Positions 1 through 9,099 of a stretch of 32,000 bases of DNA are shown here, piece after piece (within the stretch, counting starts at the first letter, position 1; each line of letters opens with the position of its first letter). Source of the stretch: Pseudomonas aeruginosa (GTDB lineage Bacteria > Pseudomonadota > Gammaproteobacteria > Pseudomonadales > Pseudomonadaceae); contig NZ_LN831024.1 in NCBI RefSeq assembly GCF_001457615.1, forward strand, positions 4,770,001 through 4,802,000, in the 5' to 3' direction. The notes under the pieces were generated by a model. It had not been told where the DNA came from. It searched no databases and was given only the letters and a program-made list of their open reading frames with translations. The translations under genes were made by a program, and so were the position numbers.

Positions 1-1
1 C

Positions 2-553
2 AATCACCTGCCCCAGCGCCTGGCCCGCTACCGCCGCGAGTCGCCGGGCGTTGAACTGCACATCCGCCCCGAGCATTCGCTGCTGCTCGAGCGTCTGCTG
101 ATGGAGGGAGAGCTGGACCTGATCGTTGCCGACGGCCCCATCGAACACCCGTTGCTGGCCAGCCGCCTGGCCTTCCGCGAGCGCCTGTTGCGAGTCACTC
201 CCGCCAACCTGCCGGCGCCCACTCCCGAGGACCTCGCCAGCCTCGAACTCTATGTGTTCGGCCACACTTGCCACTACCGCCGCCAGGTCGACCGCTGGCT
301 GGCGGAAAGCGGTATCCAGCCGCGTGCAACCCTGGAAATCGAGTCCTACCCAAGCCTCTTCGCCTGCATCGAGGCCGGTCTCGGCTTCGCCTGCGTGCCG
401 GAGAGCTTCGTTGCACGCATGCCCTCCACGCGACGGGGTTTCCATGCCGAACCGGTAGCCGGCCTGGACTCCAGCGATATCCATTTCGTCTGGCGCAAAC
501 AGCAAGCCTCGCCGCTGATCCAGGGCTTCATCGACAGCATCGGCGCCGACTGA
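2..553 (+). CDS. LysR-family transcriptional regulator, substrate-binding domain, 5' truncated by window edge
   Basis: Frame +2 is open from the window edge (NHLPQRLARYRRESPGVELHIRPEHSLLLERLL...) to the stop at 553. It has a LysR effector-domain pattern (GELDLIVADGPIEHPLL, SYPSLFACIEAGLGFACVP). Confidence 0.85.
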   Translation, partial: NHLPQRLARYRRESPGVELHIRPEHSLLLERLLMEGELDLIVADGPIEHPLLASRLAFRERLLRVTPANLPAPTPEDLASLELYVFGHTCHYRRQVDRWLAESGIQPRATLEIESYPSLFACIEAGLGFACVPESFVARMPSTRRGFHAEPVAGLDSSDIHFVWRKQQASPLIQGFIDSIGAD

Positions 554-627
554 CGCCAACGATCGATGCCGCAACACAAACGCACTCGGAAAAATCGGTA
601 ACAGCGGAACCACTGCACAGACCAGAG

Positions 628-657
628 AAAAAGCCGCCACCAACCAGGCCTGGCGGC
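628..657 (-). terminator. Intrinsic-terminator-like hairpin on the minus strand
   Basis: Minus strand reads GCCGCCA-GGCCTGGTTGG-TGGCGGC-TTTTT. Arms are 651-657 and 633-639 (7 bp perfect) with the T tract at 632-628. Confidence 0.4.
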
Positions 658-838
658 GACACCGGAAGTACCCTCGGCGGCCGATTGCCGAGCCGATCCC
701 CTACCTGCCCCCTGGGTTTTCCGACGAAAGACCTTGATTCGTGGGAGGTAGGGTCGTCTCCGCTAGATACCCCTCAACCCTGCGTGCGGGCTCCATGCCC
801 GAGCGCCTTGGCGAGATTTGCCCATAGAGCCATCACTT

Positions 839-1618
839 ATGACTGCGACAGACAGAACGCCCCCGCCATTGAAATGGCTCTGCCTCGGCAACCGTGATGC
901 GAACGACGGATTCGAGCTCTTCGCCCATGGCATCTATGCGAGGAACGGCGCGTTGGTCGGCAGCAAGCTCTCCCTGCGCGAACGGCGCCAGCGCGTCGAC
1001 CTGTCGGCCTTCCTTTCCGGCGCACCGCCGCTGCTTGCTGAGGCGGCGGTCAAGCACCTGCTGGCGCGCCTCCTGTGCGTGCACCGGCACAACACCGACC
1101 TCGAACTGCTCGGCAAGAACTTCATTCCCCTGCATGCCAGCAGCCTGGGCAACGCCGGGGTCTGCGAGCGGATCCTGGCCTCGGCCAGGCAATTGCAGCA
1201 GCACCAGGTCGAACTCTGCCTGCTGCTGGCCATCGACGAGCAGGAACCCGCCTCGGCGGAGTACCTGGCGTCCCTCGCCCGGCTACGCGACAGCGGCGTG
1301 CGCATCGCGCTGCACCCGCAACGCATCGATACCGACGCTCGCCAGTGCTTCGCCGAGGTCGACGCCGGCCTCTGCGATTACCTGGGCCTGGACGCGCGCC
1401 TGCTTGCCCCCGGCCCGCTGACGCGTAACCTGCGCCAGCGCAAGAGCATCGAGTACCTGAACCGGCTGTTGGTGGCACAGGACATCCAGATGCTTTGCCT
1501 CAACGTCGACAATGAGGAACTGCACCAACAAGCCAACGCACTCCCCTTCGCCTTCCGTCACGGCAGGCACTATTCGGAGCCTTTCCAGGCCTGGCCGTTC
1601 AGCAGTCCGGCCTGCTGA
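839..1618 (+). CDS. toxR: Exotoxin A transcriptional regulator ToxR/RegA
   Basis: 259 aa from ATG 839 ([31 protein letters not shown]...). Recognised as ToxR (RegA), with a degenerate EAL-like character ([18 protein letters not shown]). The ORF track start at 818 is 7 codons upstream. Confidence 0.92.
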   Translation: MTATDRTPPPLKWLCLGNRDANDGFELFAHGIYARNGALVGSKLSLRERRQRVDLSAFLSGAPPLLAEAAVKHLLARLLCVHRHNTDLELLGKNFIPLHASSLGNAGVCERILASARQLQQHQVELCLLLAIDEQEPASAEYLASLARLRDSGVRIALHPQRIDTDARQCFAEVDAGLCDYLGLDARLLAPGPLTRNLRQRKSIEYLNRLLVAQDIQMLCLNVDNEELHQQANALPFAFRHGRHYSEPFQAWPFSSPAC

Positions 1619-1624
1619 ACGCCG

Positions 1625-1852
1625 ACGCGGCTGCCAGCCGTCACGCCAGGCTGGCCCGCTATCCCACCAGGCGCTACCCTTGGCGGTTTCGACGGACAGG
1701 GACGACGGTCATGGGCAACTATTTCGAGAGCCCCTTCAGGGGCAAGCTGCTCTCGGAACAGGTCAGCAACCCGAACATACGGGTGGGGCGCTACAGCTAC
1801 TACTCCGGCTACTATCACGGGCATTCCTTCGACGACTGCGCCCGCTACCTGA
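1625..1852 (+). pseudogene. regB: regB-like frame with ACG in place of the ATG start codon
   Basis: The frame begins 6 nt after the toxR stop. Reading from ACG (1625-1627) gives exactly 75 codons plus TGA (1850-1852): [37 protein letters not shown]... This agrees with the length and position described for RegB in strain PA103. Confidence 0.7.
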
Positions 1853-2349
1853 TGCCGGACCGCGACGACGTGGACAAGCTGGTCATCGGCAGTTTCTGCT
1901 CGATCGGCAGTGGCGCCGCCTTCATCATGGCCGGCAACCAGGGACACCGCGCCGAATGGGCGTCGACCTTCCCCTTCCACTTCATGCACGAAGAGCCTGC
2001 CTTCGCCGGCGCCGTGAACGGCTATCAGCCAGCGGGCGACACGCTGATCGGCCATGACGTCTGGATCGGTACCGAGGCGATGTTCATGCCCGGCGTACGG
2101 GTCGGCCACGGAGCCATCATCGGCAGCCGCGCGCTGGTGACCGGCGATGTCGAGCCCTATGCCATCGTCGGCGGTAACCCGGCCCGGACCATTCGTAAGC
2201 GCTTTTCCGATGGCGATATCCAGAACCTGCTGGAAATCGCCTGGTGGGACTGGCCACTGGCCGATATCGAGGCAGCCATGCCGCTGCTGTGCGCCGGGGA
2301 CATCCCCGCCTTGTACCGGCACTGGAAACAGCGCCAGGCCACGGCCTGA
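1711..2349 (+). CDS. cat: Xenobiotic (chloramphenicol) acetyltransferase, CatB/XAT hexapeptide family
   Basis: 212 aa [47 protein letters not shown]...[19 protein letters not shown]...[14 protein letters not shown]; left-handed beta-helix acetyltransferase signature. Confidence 0.93.
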   Translation: MGNYFESPFRGKLLSEQVSNPNIRVGRYSYYSGYYHGHSFDDCARYLMPDRDDVDKLVIGSFCSIGSGAAFIMAGNQGHRAEWASTFPFHFMHEEPAFAGAVNGYQPAGDTLIGHDVWIGTEAMFMPGVRVGHGAIIGSRALVTGDVEPYAIVGGNPARTIRKRFSDGDIQNLLEIAWWDWPLADIEAAMPLLCAGDIPALYRHWKQRQATA

Positions 2350-2423
2350 CGGTTGGACGAAGGAGGTCGAGGATTTTTCTCGGGCCCGATGGCCTACCCT
2401 CTATGCTTCCAACGGTGTACTGT

Positions 2424-2450
2424 CGCGATGCCTGGCCATCCAGGCATGCG
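2424..2450. repeat. Perfect inverted repeat / hairpin between cat and migA
   Basis: ATGCCTGG(2428-2435)-CCAT-CCAGGCAT(2440-2447), extended by CGC(2424-2426)/GCG(2448-2450) around a single bulged G. Confidence 0.6.
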
Positions 2451-2591
2451 TGCCAGAGCTACTCCAGCGACCGTACCGGCGGAGCGAAACGCTGTATTTC
2501 CGCCAGCCCGTGCCGCGCACCGATCGCAGGACTTCATGACCGACGGCCCCCTGGAACGGCTACCGGGCAAGACGAGTGACAAGAACGACAC

Positions 2592-3491
2592 ATGATTGAA
2601 GAAGCCACTTCCAGCAAGCACTCAGGCACGACGGACACCCCGCTGGTATCCGTCGTAGCGCCCTGCTTCAACGCGGAAAAGTACCTGGAAGAAGCCCTGC
2701 GCAGCATCTACGAGCAGGACTACACGAATTTCGAAGTGATCATCGTCGACGACGGTTCCACCGACAACAGCTACGCCATGCTGGAGCAGTTGCAGAAAGT
2801 CCACGGTTTCCAGCTCTACCGCCAGCAGAACCAGGGCGTCAGCGCAGCGCTGAACTTCGGTCTGCAACACGCCCGCGGCGACTACGTAGCCACGCCGGAC
2901 CTGGACGACATCATGCTGCCGCACTCGTTGAGCGTGCGCGCCGCGTACCTCGACCAGCACCCGGAGGTCGGCTGCGTCGGCGCCCTGGTGATCTACATCG
3001 ACAGCGAAGGCCAGGAAACCAAGCGGCAGAACGGCAATCGCATCCGCCAGCTGGACTTCGACTACTTGCTCGGCAACGCCTACGTCTGCGGCGCCCCGGT
3101 GTCCCTGTACCGCATGGAGGCCCTGCGCGCAGCCGGCTTCTACGATCCCGAGATCAAGGTGCAGGACTTCCAGATGACCCTGCGCATCGCCAGCCAGGGC
3201 TACCAGATCCACAAGCTGCCGGTGCTGGTCACCCGCTACCGGCGCCACCCCGACAACCTGTCGCGGCGCTACAAGGTGCTGCTCGATGCCGACCTGCGCA
3301 CCATCGCGCCCTACCAGTCGCATCCCGCCTACGAGCGCGGCCGCACGGAGTTGGTCAACAAGGCCCTGAAATACGCCGTGGTCGCGGACAAGCGGCATGC
3401 CTGGCAACTACTCCGCTCGCTGCCGCTGCGGCAGTGGAACCGTACCACCTTCCGCCGGTTGAAGCGCTTCCTTCTCCATCACGAGAGCTGA
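2592..3491 (+). CDS. migA: GT2-family glycosyltransferase MigA (LPS core rhamnosyltransferase)
   Basis: 299 aa with PLVSVVAPCFNAEKYLEEALRSIYEQDYTNFEVIIVDDGSTDNS and DYVATPDLDDIMLP. Position is next to cat and toxR. Confidence 0.9.
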   Translation: MIEEATSSKHSGTTDTPLVSVVAPCFNAEKYLEEALRSIYEQDYTNFEVIIVDDGSTDNSYAMLEQLQKVHGFQLYRQQNQGVSAALNFGLQHARGDYVATPDLDDIMLPHSLSVRAAYLDQHPEVGCVGALVIYIDSEGQETKRQNGNRIRQLDFDYLLGNAYVCGAPVSLYRMEALRAAGFYDPEIKVQDFQMTLRIASQGYQIHKLPVLVTRYRRHPDNLSRRYKVLLDADLRTIAPYQSHPAYERGRTELVNKALKYAVVADKRHAWQLLRSLPLRQWNRTTFRRLKRFLLHHES

Positions 3492-3618
3492 GTCCGTCAC
3501 CGCGAAGATTCGTCGTGCATGGGCTATACCTCCCCGATACACCTTGGTTTCGAATTGCCGCCCGACAACGGGTAGGCCGGCCGCTTGACGCCCGCGGCCG
3601 TTCTTCGAGGGAGCTTGA

Positions 3619-5013
3619 ATGACCGCGCTGCACGACCTCCCGGGAACCCGCCTGCTGGCACTGTTCGCCCGCCGGGAACTCTCGCCTGGCGAGTACTACG
3701 AGCATCTGCTGGCCCACATCCAGCGCTGGGAACCGCATCTCAACGCGCTGTATCGCTTCGACCCGCAACGGGTTCGCGAACAGGCCGCGGCGGCCAACGA
3801 GCGCTGGCGCAAGGGACAGCCCAAAGGCCCGCTGGACGGGCTGCCGGTAACCATCAAGGAGCTGATCGCCACCGCTGGCGAACCTATCCCATTGGGCAGC
3901 GCCGCCACCGCCCTGCAACCCGCGCCCTGCGACGCGCCGCCGGCCGCTCGGCTGCGCGAAGCCGGCGCGATCGTCCTGGCCAAGACTACGGTTCCAGACT
4001 TCGGCATGCTTTCATCCGGCCTCTCCAGCTTCCACGGAGTCACCCGCAATCCCTGGAACCTGGCCAACAATACCGGCGGCTCCAGTTCGGGCGCGGCAGC
4101 GGCGGCCGCCGCCGGCTACGGACCGCTGCACCTGGGCACCGACATCGGCGGCTCGGTGCGACTGCCGGCGGGCTGGTGCGGCCTGGTGGGCTTCAAGCCA
4201 AGCCTCGGGCGGATCCCCATCGACCCTTACTACACCGGTCGCTGCGCCGGTCCGATGACCCGCTGCATGGACGACTGCCTGCTGCTGATGCGCTACCTCG
4301 CGCAGCCCGACGCCCGCGACGCCACCAGCCTGCCGCCGGAAGTGCTGGACTGGAGCGCCGAGCCGCTGTCGGTGCGCGGCCTGAGGGTCGGCCTGCAACT
4401 CGACCCCGGCTGCGGCCTGCAGCCCGACGCGGAAATCCGCGCCGCGATCGAGGCCGCGGCGCGGCTGTTCGAGGAGCACGGCGCTCAGCTCAGGATCGTC
4501 GAACCGCTGATGGACCGGAGCCTGCTCGACGGCCTGAACGACTTCTGGCGCGCCCGCCTGTGGAGCGAACTGCTGCTCCTCGACGAGACGCGGCGGGCCA
4601 GGGTGCTGCCCTATGTCCACGCCTGGGCCGAGGGCGGCGCACGGGTCAGCGGGGTCGATGCGGTGCGCGGTTTCAACCAGACCTTCGAGATGCGCCGGCG
4701 CGCCGCCCGGCTGTTCGGCGAGATCGACCTGCTGCTGACGCCGACCAACCAGGTCGAGGCCTTCCCCGCCGACTGGGCCTCGCCGCTGAACGATCCGCAG
4801 CGGCCGTTCGAGCACATCGTCTTCACCGTGCCGTGGAATATGGGCGAACAGCCCGCGCTCTCGATAAACTGCGGCTTCACGGCCGCCGGCATGCCGATCG
4901 GCCTGCAACTGGTCGCGCCGCGCTTCGCCGATACCTGGCTGTTGCGCATCGGCAAGACCTACGAAGGCTGGCGCGGTCCGATCCACGGCTGGCCCCGGCC
5001 GCCGGCTGACTGA
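3619..5013 (+). CDS. Amidase-signature family amidase
   Basis: 464 aa with catalytic signature motifs: LPVTIKELI (Lys), NNTGGSSSGAAAAAAAGYGPLHLGTDIGGSVRLPAGWCGLVGFKPS. Confidence 0.93.
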   Translation: MTALHDLPGTRLLALFARRELSPGEYYEHLLAHIQRWEPHLNALYRFDPQRVREQAAAANERWRKGQPKGPLDGLPVTIKELIATAGEPIPLGSAATALQPAPCDAPPAARLREAGAIVLAKTTVPDFGMLSSGLSSFHGVTRNPWNLANNTGGSSSGAAAAAAAGYGPLHLGTDIGGSVRLPAGWCGLVGFKPSLGRIPIDPYYTGRCAGPMTRCMDDCLLLMRYLAQPDARDATSLPPEVLDWSAEPLSVRGLRVGLQLDPGCGLQPDAEIRAAIEAAARLFEEHGAQLRIVEPLMDRSLLDGLNDFWRARLWSELLLLDETRRARVLPYVHAWAEGGARVSGVDAVRGFNQTFEMRRRAARLFGEIDLLLTPTNQVEAFPADWASPLNDPQRPFEHIVFTVPWNMGEQPALSINCGFTAAGMPIGLQLVAPRFADTWLLRIGKTYEGWRGPIHGWPRPPAD

Positions 5014-5083
5014 AGCCGGCGGCCGCTCGTCGCTCGGCTCCAGGCCTGAGTGTTTCAGTCGTCACTCCGAGAGGGCCTTCGCC

Positions 5084-6400
5084 ATGCGCTCCCCCACCCG
5101 TCCCCCGGCGGCCGCCGATCCGGCCAGCCGCCGCAGCGTCTTTGCCGTGGTCCTCGGCAACGCCGTGGAATTCTTCGACTTCGGGGTCTATGCCACCTTC
5201 GCGGTGATGATCGGACGGACTTTCTTCCCCTCCGACAGCGCCTTCGTCAGCCTGCTCCTGTCGGTCACCGCGTTCGGCGTCGGCTTCGTCATCCGCCCCC
5301 TCGGCGCGATCCTTATCGGCGCCTACGCCGACCGCGCCGGGCGCAAGCCGGCGATGCTCCTTACCCTGTTCCTGATGGCGCTGGGCACCGGCGGCATCGC
5401 GGTGCTCCCCGGCTACGACAGCATCGGCCCGGCCGCGCCGCTGCTGCTGGTGCTGACCCGCCTGCTGCAAGGCCTGGCCTGGGGCGGCGAGGCCGGACCG
5501 GCGACCACCTACATCCTCGAGGCGGCACCGCCGCACAAGCGCGGCACCTACGCCTGCTGGCAGGTCGTAGCGCAAGGCATCGCGGCGGTCGCCGCCGGGC
5601 TGATGGGCTACCTGCTCACCCTCTGGCTCGACGAGCGCCAACTGCAGGAATGGGGCTGGCGGATTCCCTTCGCGGCCGGCCTGCTGGTCCTGCCGATCGG
5701 CCTGTACATCCGCCTCAACCTGGCCGAGACCTTTGCCGGACGCGGCCGCCAGGCCAGCACCCGGAGCCTGCTCGGCGAATTGTTCGGCAATCATCGGCGG
5801 GCCCTGCTGCTCGGCCTGCTGATCCTCTCCGGAAGCACCATCACCCAGTACTTCCTCAACTACATGACCACCTTCGCCCTTACCGAGCTACACCTGCCGG
5901 CGGGCATCGCGATGCTCTCGACGCTGGTCGCCGGCGCCGCACTGGCGCTCTCGGCGTTGCTCGGCGGCGTGCTCTGCGACCGCTACGGGCGCCGCGCCGT
6001 GCTGATCCTGCCGCGCCTGGCGCTGCTCGCGGTGCTGTTCCCGGCACTGCAGGCAATGACCCGTCACCCCGAGCCGGCAGTCTTCCTCGCCGTCCTCGCC
6101 CTGCTCTCGGCCCTGCATGGCATGAGCGGCGCGGCGCTGATCGTGCTGCTGGTAGAAAGCTTCCCCCGGGCGCTGCGCTCCACCGGTTTTTCCCTGGTCT
6201 ATGCGACCGGCGTCGCCGCGTTCGGCGGCACCGCGCAGATCGTGGTGACCTGGCTGATCGGCGTCACCGGCAATCCGCTGTCGCCGCTGGGCTACCTGCT
6301 GCTGGCCAACCTGGTCTGCCTGGGTGGGGCCTGGCTGGCCCGCGAGACCTGGCCGGGTCGCGGGGACATGGGAGGCGCGCCGCTGGTGCTGCGCGACTGA
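5084..6400 (+). CDS. MFS transporter, metabolite:H+ symporter (MHS/ProP-like) family
   Basis: 438 aa starting MRSPTRPPAAADPASRRSVFAVVLGNAVEFFDFGVYATFAVMIGRTFFP; RPLGAILIGAYADRAGRKPAM; multiple TM segments; RBS-like GAGAGGG upstream. Confidence 0.93.
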   Translation: MRSPTRPPAAADPASRRSVFAVVLGNAVEFFDFGVYATFAVMIGRTFFPSDSAFVSLLLSVTAFGVGFVIRPLGAILIGAYADRAGRKPAMLLTLFLMALGTGGIAVLPGYDSIGPAAPLLLVLTRLLQGLAWGGEAGPATTYILEAAPPHKRGTYACWQVVAQGIAAVAAGLMGYLLTLWLDERQLQEWGWRIPFAAGLLVLPIGLYIRLNLAETFAGRGRQASTRSLLGELFGNHRRALLLGLLILSGSTITQYFLNYMTTFALTELHLPAGIAMLSTLVAGAALALSALLGGVLCDRYGRRAVLILPRLALLAVLFPALQAMTRHPEPAVFLAVLALLSALHGMSGAALIVLLVESFPRALRSTGFSLVYATGVAAFGGTAQIVVTWLIGVTGNPLSPLGYLLLANLVCLGGAWLARETWPGRGDMGGAPLVLRD

Positions 6401-6450
6401 GAACTTGCGCGGTTCGTTCAAGCGCCGCCGGCCTGTCGCGAGCGACGCTG

Positions 6451-6475
6451 GGGACCTCATTCATCCGGAGGTCCC
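6451..6475 (+). promoter_or_regulatory. Hairpin sequestering the Shine-Dalgarno sequence of the downstream ORF
   Basis: GGGACCTC(6451-6458)-ATTCATCCG-GAGGTCCC(6468-6475). The SD GGAGG (6467-6471) lies almost entirely in the 3' arm; start ATG is at 6479. Confidence 0.45.
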
Positions 6476-6478
6476 ACC

Positions 6479-7384
6479 ATGCAGTTCTTCCTGCGCTACG
6501 CCTACGCGCCCCTCTTCTGGTCCGGCTTCATCGGCCTGGCGACCTGGCAGGTCGGCTATCGCCAAGCTTCCCACGCCTGGCTGGTCGCCCTGTTCCTCGG
6601 GGCGCTCGGCCTGTCCTTTCTCGCCGAACGACGACTGCCCTACCAGCCACGCTGGAACCGGCCGCACGCCGACCGCCTGCGCGATGTCCTGCACGCGTCG
6701 GTCAACGAAAGCCTGAACGCACTTGGCATCCTCGCCCTGCCACTGCTGGCCGGAGTCCTGGGCTTCTGGCCGGTATGGCCGCAGGCCTGGCCGCTGTGGC
6801 TGCAACTGCTGCTGGCGATCGTCCTGGCCGATCTCGGCATCACCCTGGTGCACTACGCCAGCCACCGTTCGGCGCTGCTTTGGCGGCTGCACGCGGTGCA
6901 CCATAGCGTGCAGCGCCTGTACGGTTTCAACGGGCTGATGAAGCATCCCCTGCACCTGGGCCTGGAAGCGCTCGGCGGCACCCTGCCGCTGTTGCTGCTC
7001 GGCGTGCCGCAGACGGTCGCCGCGCTGCTCGCCTTCGCCATCGGCATCCAGTTGCTGCTGCAACACAGCAACGTCGACATGCGCATCGGCGGGTTACGCC
7101 ATGTGTTCGCCTGGGCACCGCTGCATCGCCTGCACCACATCCGCTACGGGCGCGCCGGCGACGTCAACTTCGCGCTGTTCTTCAGCGTCTGGGACCGCCT
7201 GCTCGGCACCGCCCTCCATCGTCCCGACTACCGCCTGGACAGCACCGACATGGGCATCGGCGACCAGCCTGACTATCCCCGCGACTATGCCGGCCAGTTG
7301 CTCGCGCCATTCCGCGACCTGCCACGCAGCAGGCACGTCCCACAGCCGCCGGAAGGATTGGGGCGTTCAGCCGGCCAGGCGTAG
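6479..7384 (+). CDS. Sterol desaturase / fatty acid hydroxylase superfamily membrane protein
   Basis: 301 aa with His-box arrangement: HYASHRS, LHAVHHS, LHRLHHIRYG; several N-terminal TM segments. Confidence 0.88.
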   Translation: MQFFLRYAYAPLFWSGFIGLATWQVGYRQASHAWLVALFLGALGLSFLAERRLPYQPRWNRPHADRLRDVLHASVNESLNALGILALPLLAGVLGFWPVWPQAWPLWLQLLLAIVLADLGITLVHYASHRSALLWRLHAVHHSVQRLYGFNGLMKHPLHLGLEALGGTLPLLLLGVPQTVAALLAFAIGIQLLLQHSNVDMRIGGLRHVFAWAPLHRLHHIRYGRAGDVNFALFFSVWDRLLGTALHRPDYRLDSTDMGIGDQPDYPRDYAGQLLAPFRDLPRSRHVPQPPEGLGRSAGQA

Positions 7385-8041
7385 GTGCGGCAGCGACAGG
7401 CCGGCGCGGATACCGAGCAGGCTGCGTACGCTGCGCGACAGGTGCGCGGCGTCGGCGAAGCCGGCGTGATGGGCCGCCTCGGTCAGGCTGCGCCCCTGCA
7501 AGGCCAGGGCGAAGGCCAGGTACAGGCGGCGCCAGAGCACCAGGCGGCGCACCGACAGGCCGACCTGGACGGCGAACAGCCGCTCCAGTTGGCTCAGCGA
7601 AAGACTGGCGCTGCGCGCCAGTCTTTCCGCCTCGACCCGCGCCGCGAGTTGCTCGTCGAGCGCCGCCAGGGCCTTTTCGACGCGGCGGTCGAGCCGTCGA
7701 CGAGGCAGCCGCGCAAGCCGCCCCAGCAACGCCTCGGGCTCGCCGGGAGCGTCCTCGAGAAGCTGACGCAGGTCGTCGCTGTCGAACGCCAGCGGCTCGG
7801 CGTACAGCGCCAGCAACGGCTGCGACGCGTCGACGCGATGGGCTTGCAGCGAGGGCACCAGCAAGCGCCGGGCCTCCAGTACCTGGCCAGCGACGCGCAC
7901 CCGCAGCGGCGTCTCCGCCAGCAGCAACTGGTGGGCATAGTGCGCGTGCTCGCGGGTATCGCCGTTGACCCCGGCGAACAGCGCGTGGTCCCGCGCCAGC
8001 CAGACCTCGCCCTGCCAATGCCGCTCCGTCATCGCGTACAT
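7367..8041 (-). CDS. AraC-family transcriptional regulator
   Basis: 224 aa with C-terminal HTH pattern LARSASLSLSQLERLFAVQVGLSVRRLVLWRRLYLAFALALQGRSLTEAAHHAGFADAAHLSRSVRSLLGI. The 3' end overlaps the convergent upstream CDS by 18 nt. Confidence 0.85.
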   Translation of the reverse strand: MYAMTERHWQGEVWLARDHALFAGVNGDTREHAHYAHQLLLAETPLRVRVAGQVLEARRLLVPSLQAHRVDASQPLLALYAEPLAFDSDDLRQLLEDAPGEPEALLGRLARLPRRRLDRRVEKALAALDEQLAARVEAERLARSASLSLSQLERLFAVQVGLSVRRLVLWRRLYLAFALALQGRSLTEAAHHAGFADAAHLSRSVRSLLGIRAGLSLPHLRLAG

Positions 8042-8103
8042 TCCGTCAACCGTTCCGTGGCGAAACGGTGTCGGCTATGGCGACCGCCGTCAAGCCCGCA
8101 AGG

Positions 8104-9090
8104 TCAGCGTCCGAACCAGTCGCGCCGATCGTCGAAGGCGTGCTCGATCAGATCGAGCAAGGCACGCACCTCCACGCGGTTCTCCGCTTCCGGCTGCACG
8201 CTCATCCAGACTTCCCGCCGCATCGGCTCGTCGAAGACCTGCGGCAACGCCGCCAGGTTGCGCTCCAGGCGTCCGGCGTAATGCGGCAGCAGGCCGATGC
8301 AGGCGCCCCAGAGGATCGCCTGTAGCAGCAGGTCGTGGCTCTGTACCTCGATCACTCCCGACTGGCGAGCCGCCACCCGCCGGTTCCAGGGCGCCAGGGC
8401 GGCGCTGGCGGCGTGACCGTGGAGCTGCGCCAGCAGGTAGTCGTCCAGCTCGTCCTCGCTGGCCGGCCGCGTGCGCTCGCGCGAATAGCGCTTGCCGATG
8501 TGCGGCTGGTACTCCAGCTCGGCGATGCGCGCCGGTGCGGCGAAGTGGCCTTCCATCGCCGGATGCGGCTGCCCCGGATCGGCGATCCAGATGGCGATCT
8601 CCGCCGGCCCTGCGCTTTCCGGCCAGCCCTCGCGCAACTCGGCGAGGGCTACGCGCAGGTTGGCGTTCTTGCGCAGGTAGCCCCACAGCTCGCGACTGAG
8701 CACATCGTGCAGGACGCTTTCGGCCACCGCCAGGCGCACCAGCGGCTGTTGCCGGTGAAGATCGGCGTGGCTCTGGCTGTCCTCGACCAGGCGCTGCCCG
8801 GCGGCCTGGACGATGCGGCCCTCGCGGGTCAGCGAGAGGGCGTTGCCCTCATGCACGAACAGATGCAGGCCGAGGCGCTCCTCGAGCCGGGCCAGGGTCT
8901 TGCGCAGCAGTGTCGGCTTGACGTCCAGGCTGCGCGCAGCCTGCATGAAACAGCCGCAACGGGCAGTGACCAGGAAGAAATGCACCACCTCCAGAGAACC
9001 GAACAGCTCGTGCCAATAGGCACGGTCGTCGCGTCCCTGCGCGGGCCTGAGCAGTGCCGGGCGCTGCCCGGCGGACTCCGATAGGGCCAT
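8104..9090 (-). CDS. LysR-family transcriptional regulator
   Basis: 328 aa with HTH region VVHFFLVTARCGCFMQAARSLDVKPTLLRKTLARLEERLGLHLFVHEGNALSLTREG; last gene of the minus-strand cluster. Confidence 0.88.
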   Translation of the reverse strand: MALSESAGQRPALLRPAQGRDDRAYWHELFGSLEVVHFFLVTARCGCFMQAARSLDVKPTLLRKTLARLEERLGLHLFVHEGNALSLTREGRIVQAAGQRLVEDSQSHADLHRQQPLVRLAVAESVLHDVLSRELWGYLRKNANLRVALAELREGWPESAGPAEIAIWIADPGQPHPAMEGHFAAPARIAELEYQPHIGKRYSRERTRPASEDELDDYLLAQLHGHAASAALAPWNRRVAARQSGVIEVQSHDLLLQAILWGACIGLLPHYAGRLERNLAALPQVFDEPMRREVWMSVQPEAENRVEVRALLDLIEHAFDDRRDWFGR

Positions 9091-9099
9091 GCTTCCTCG

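Noticed and set aside
3585-5009. Alternative +3 frame of 474 aa over the amidase
   Set aside because: The amidase frame (3619-5013) contains the full amidase signature. The alternative frame is Arg/Ala-rich with no motif.
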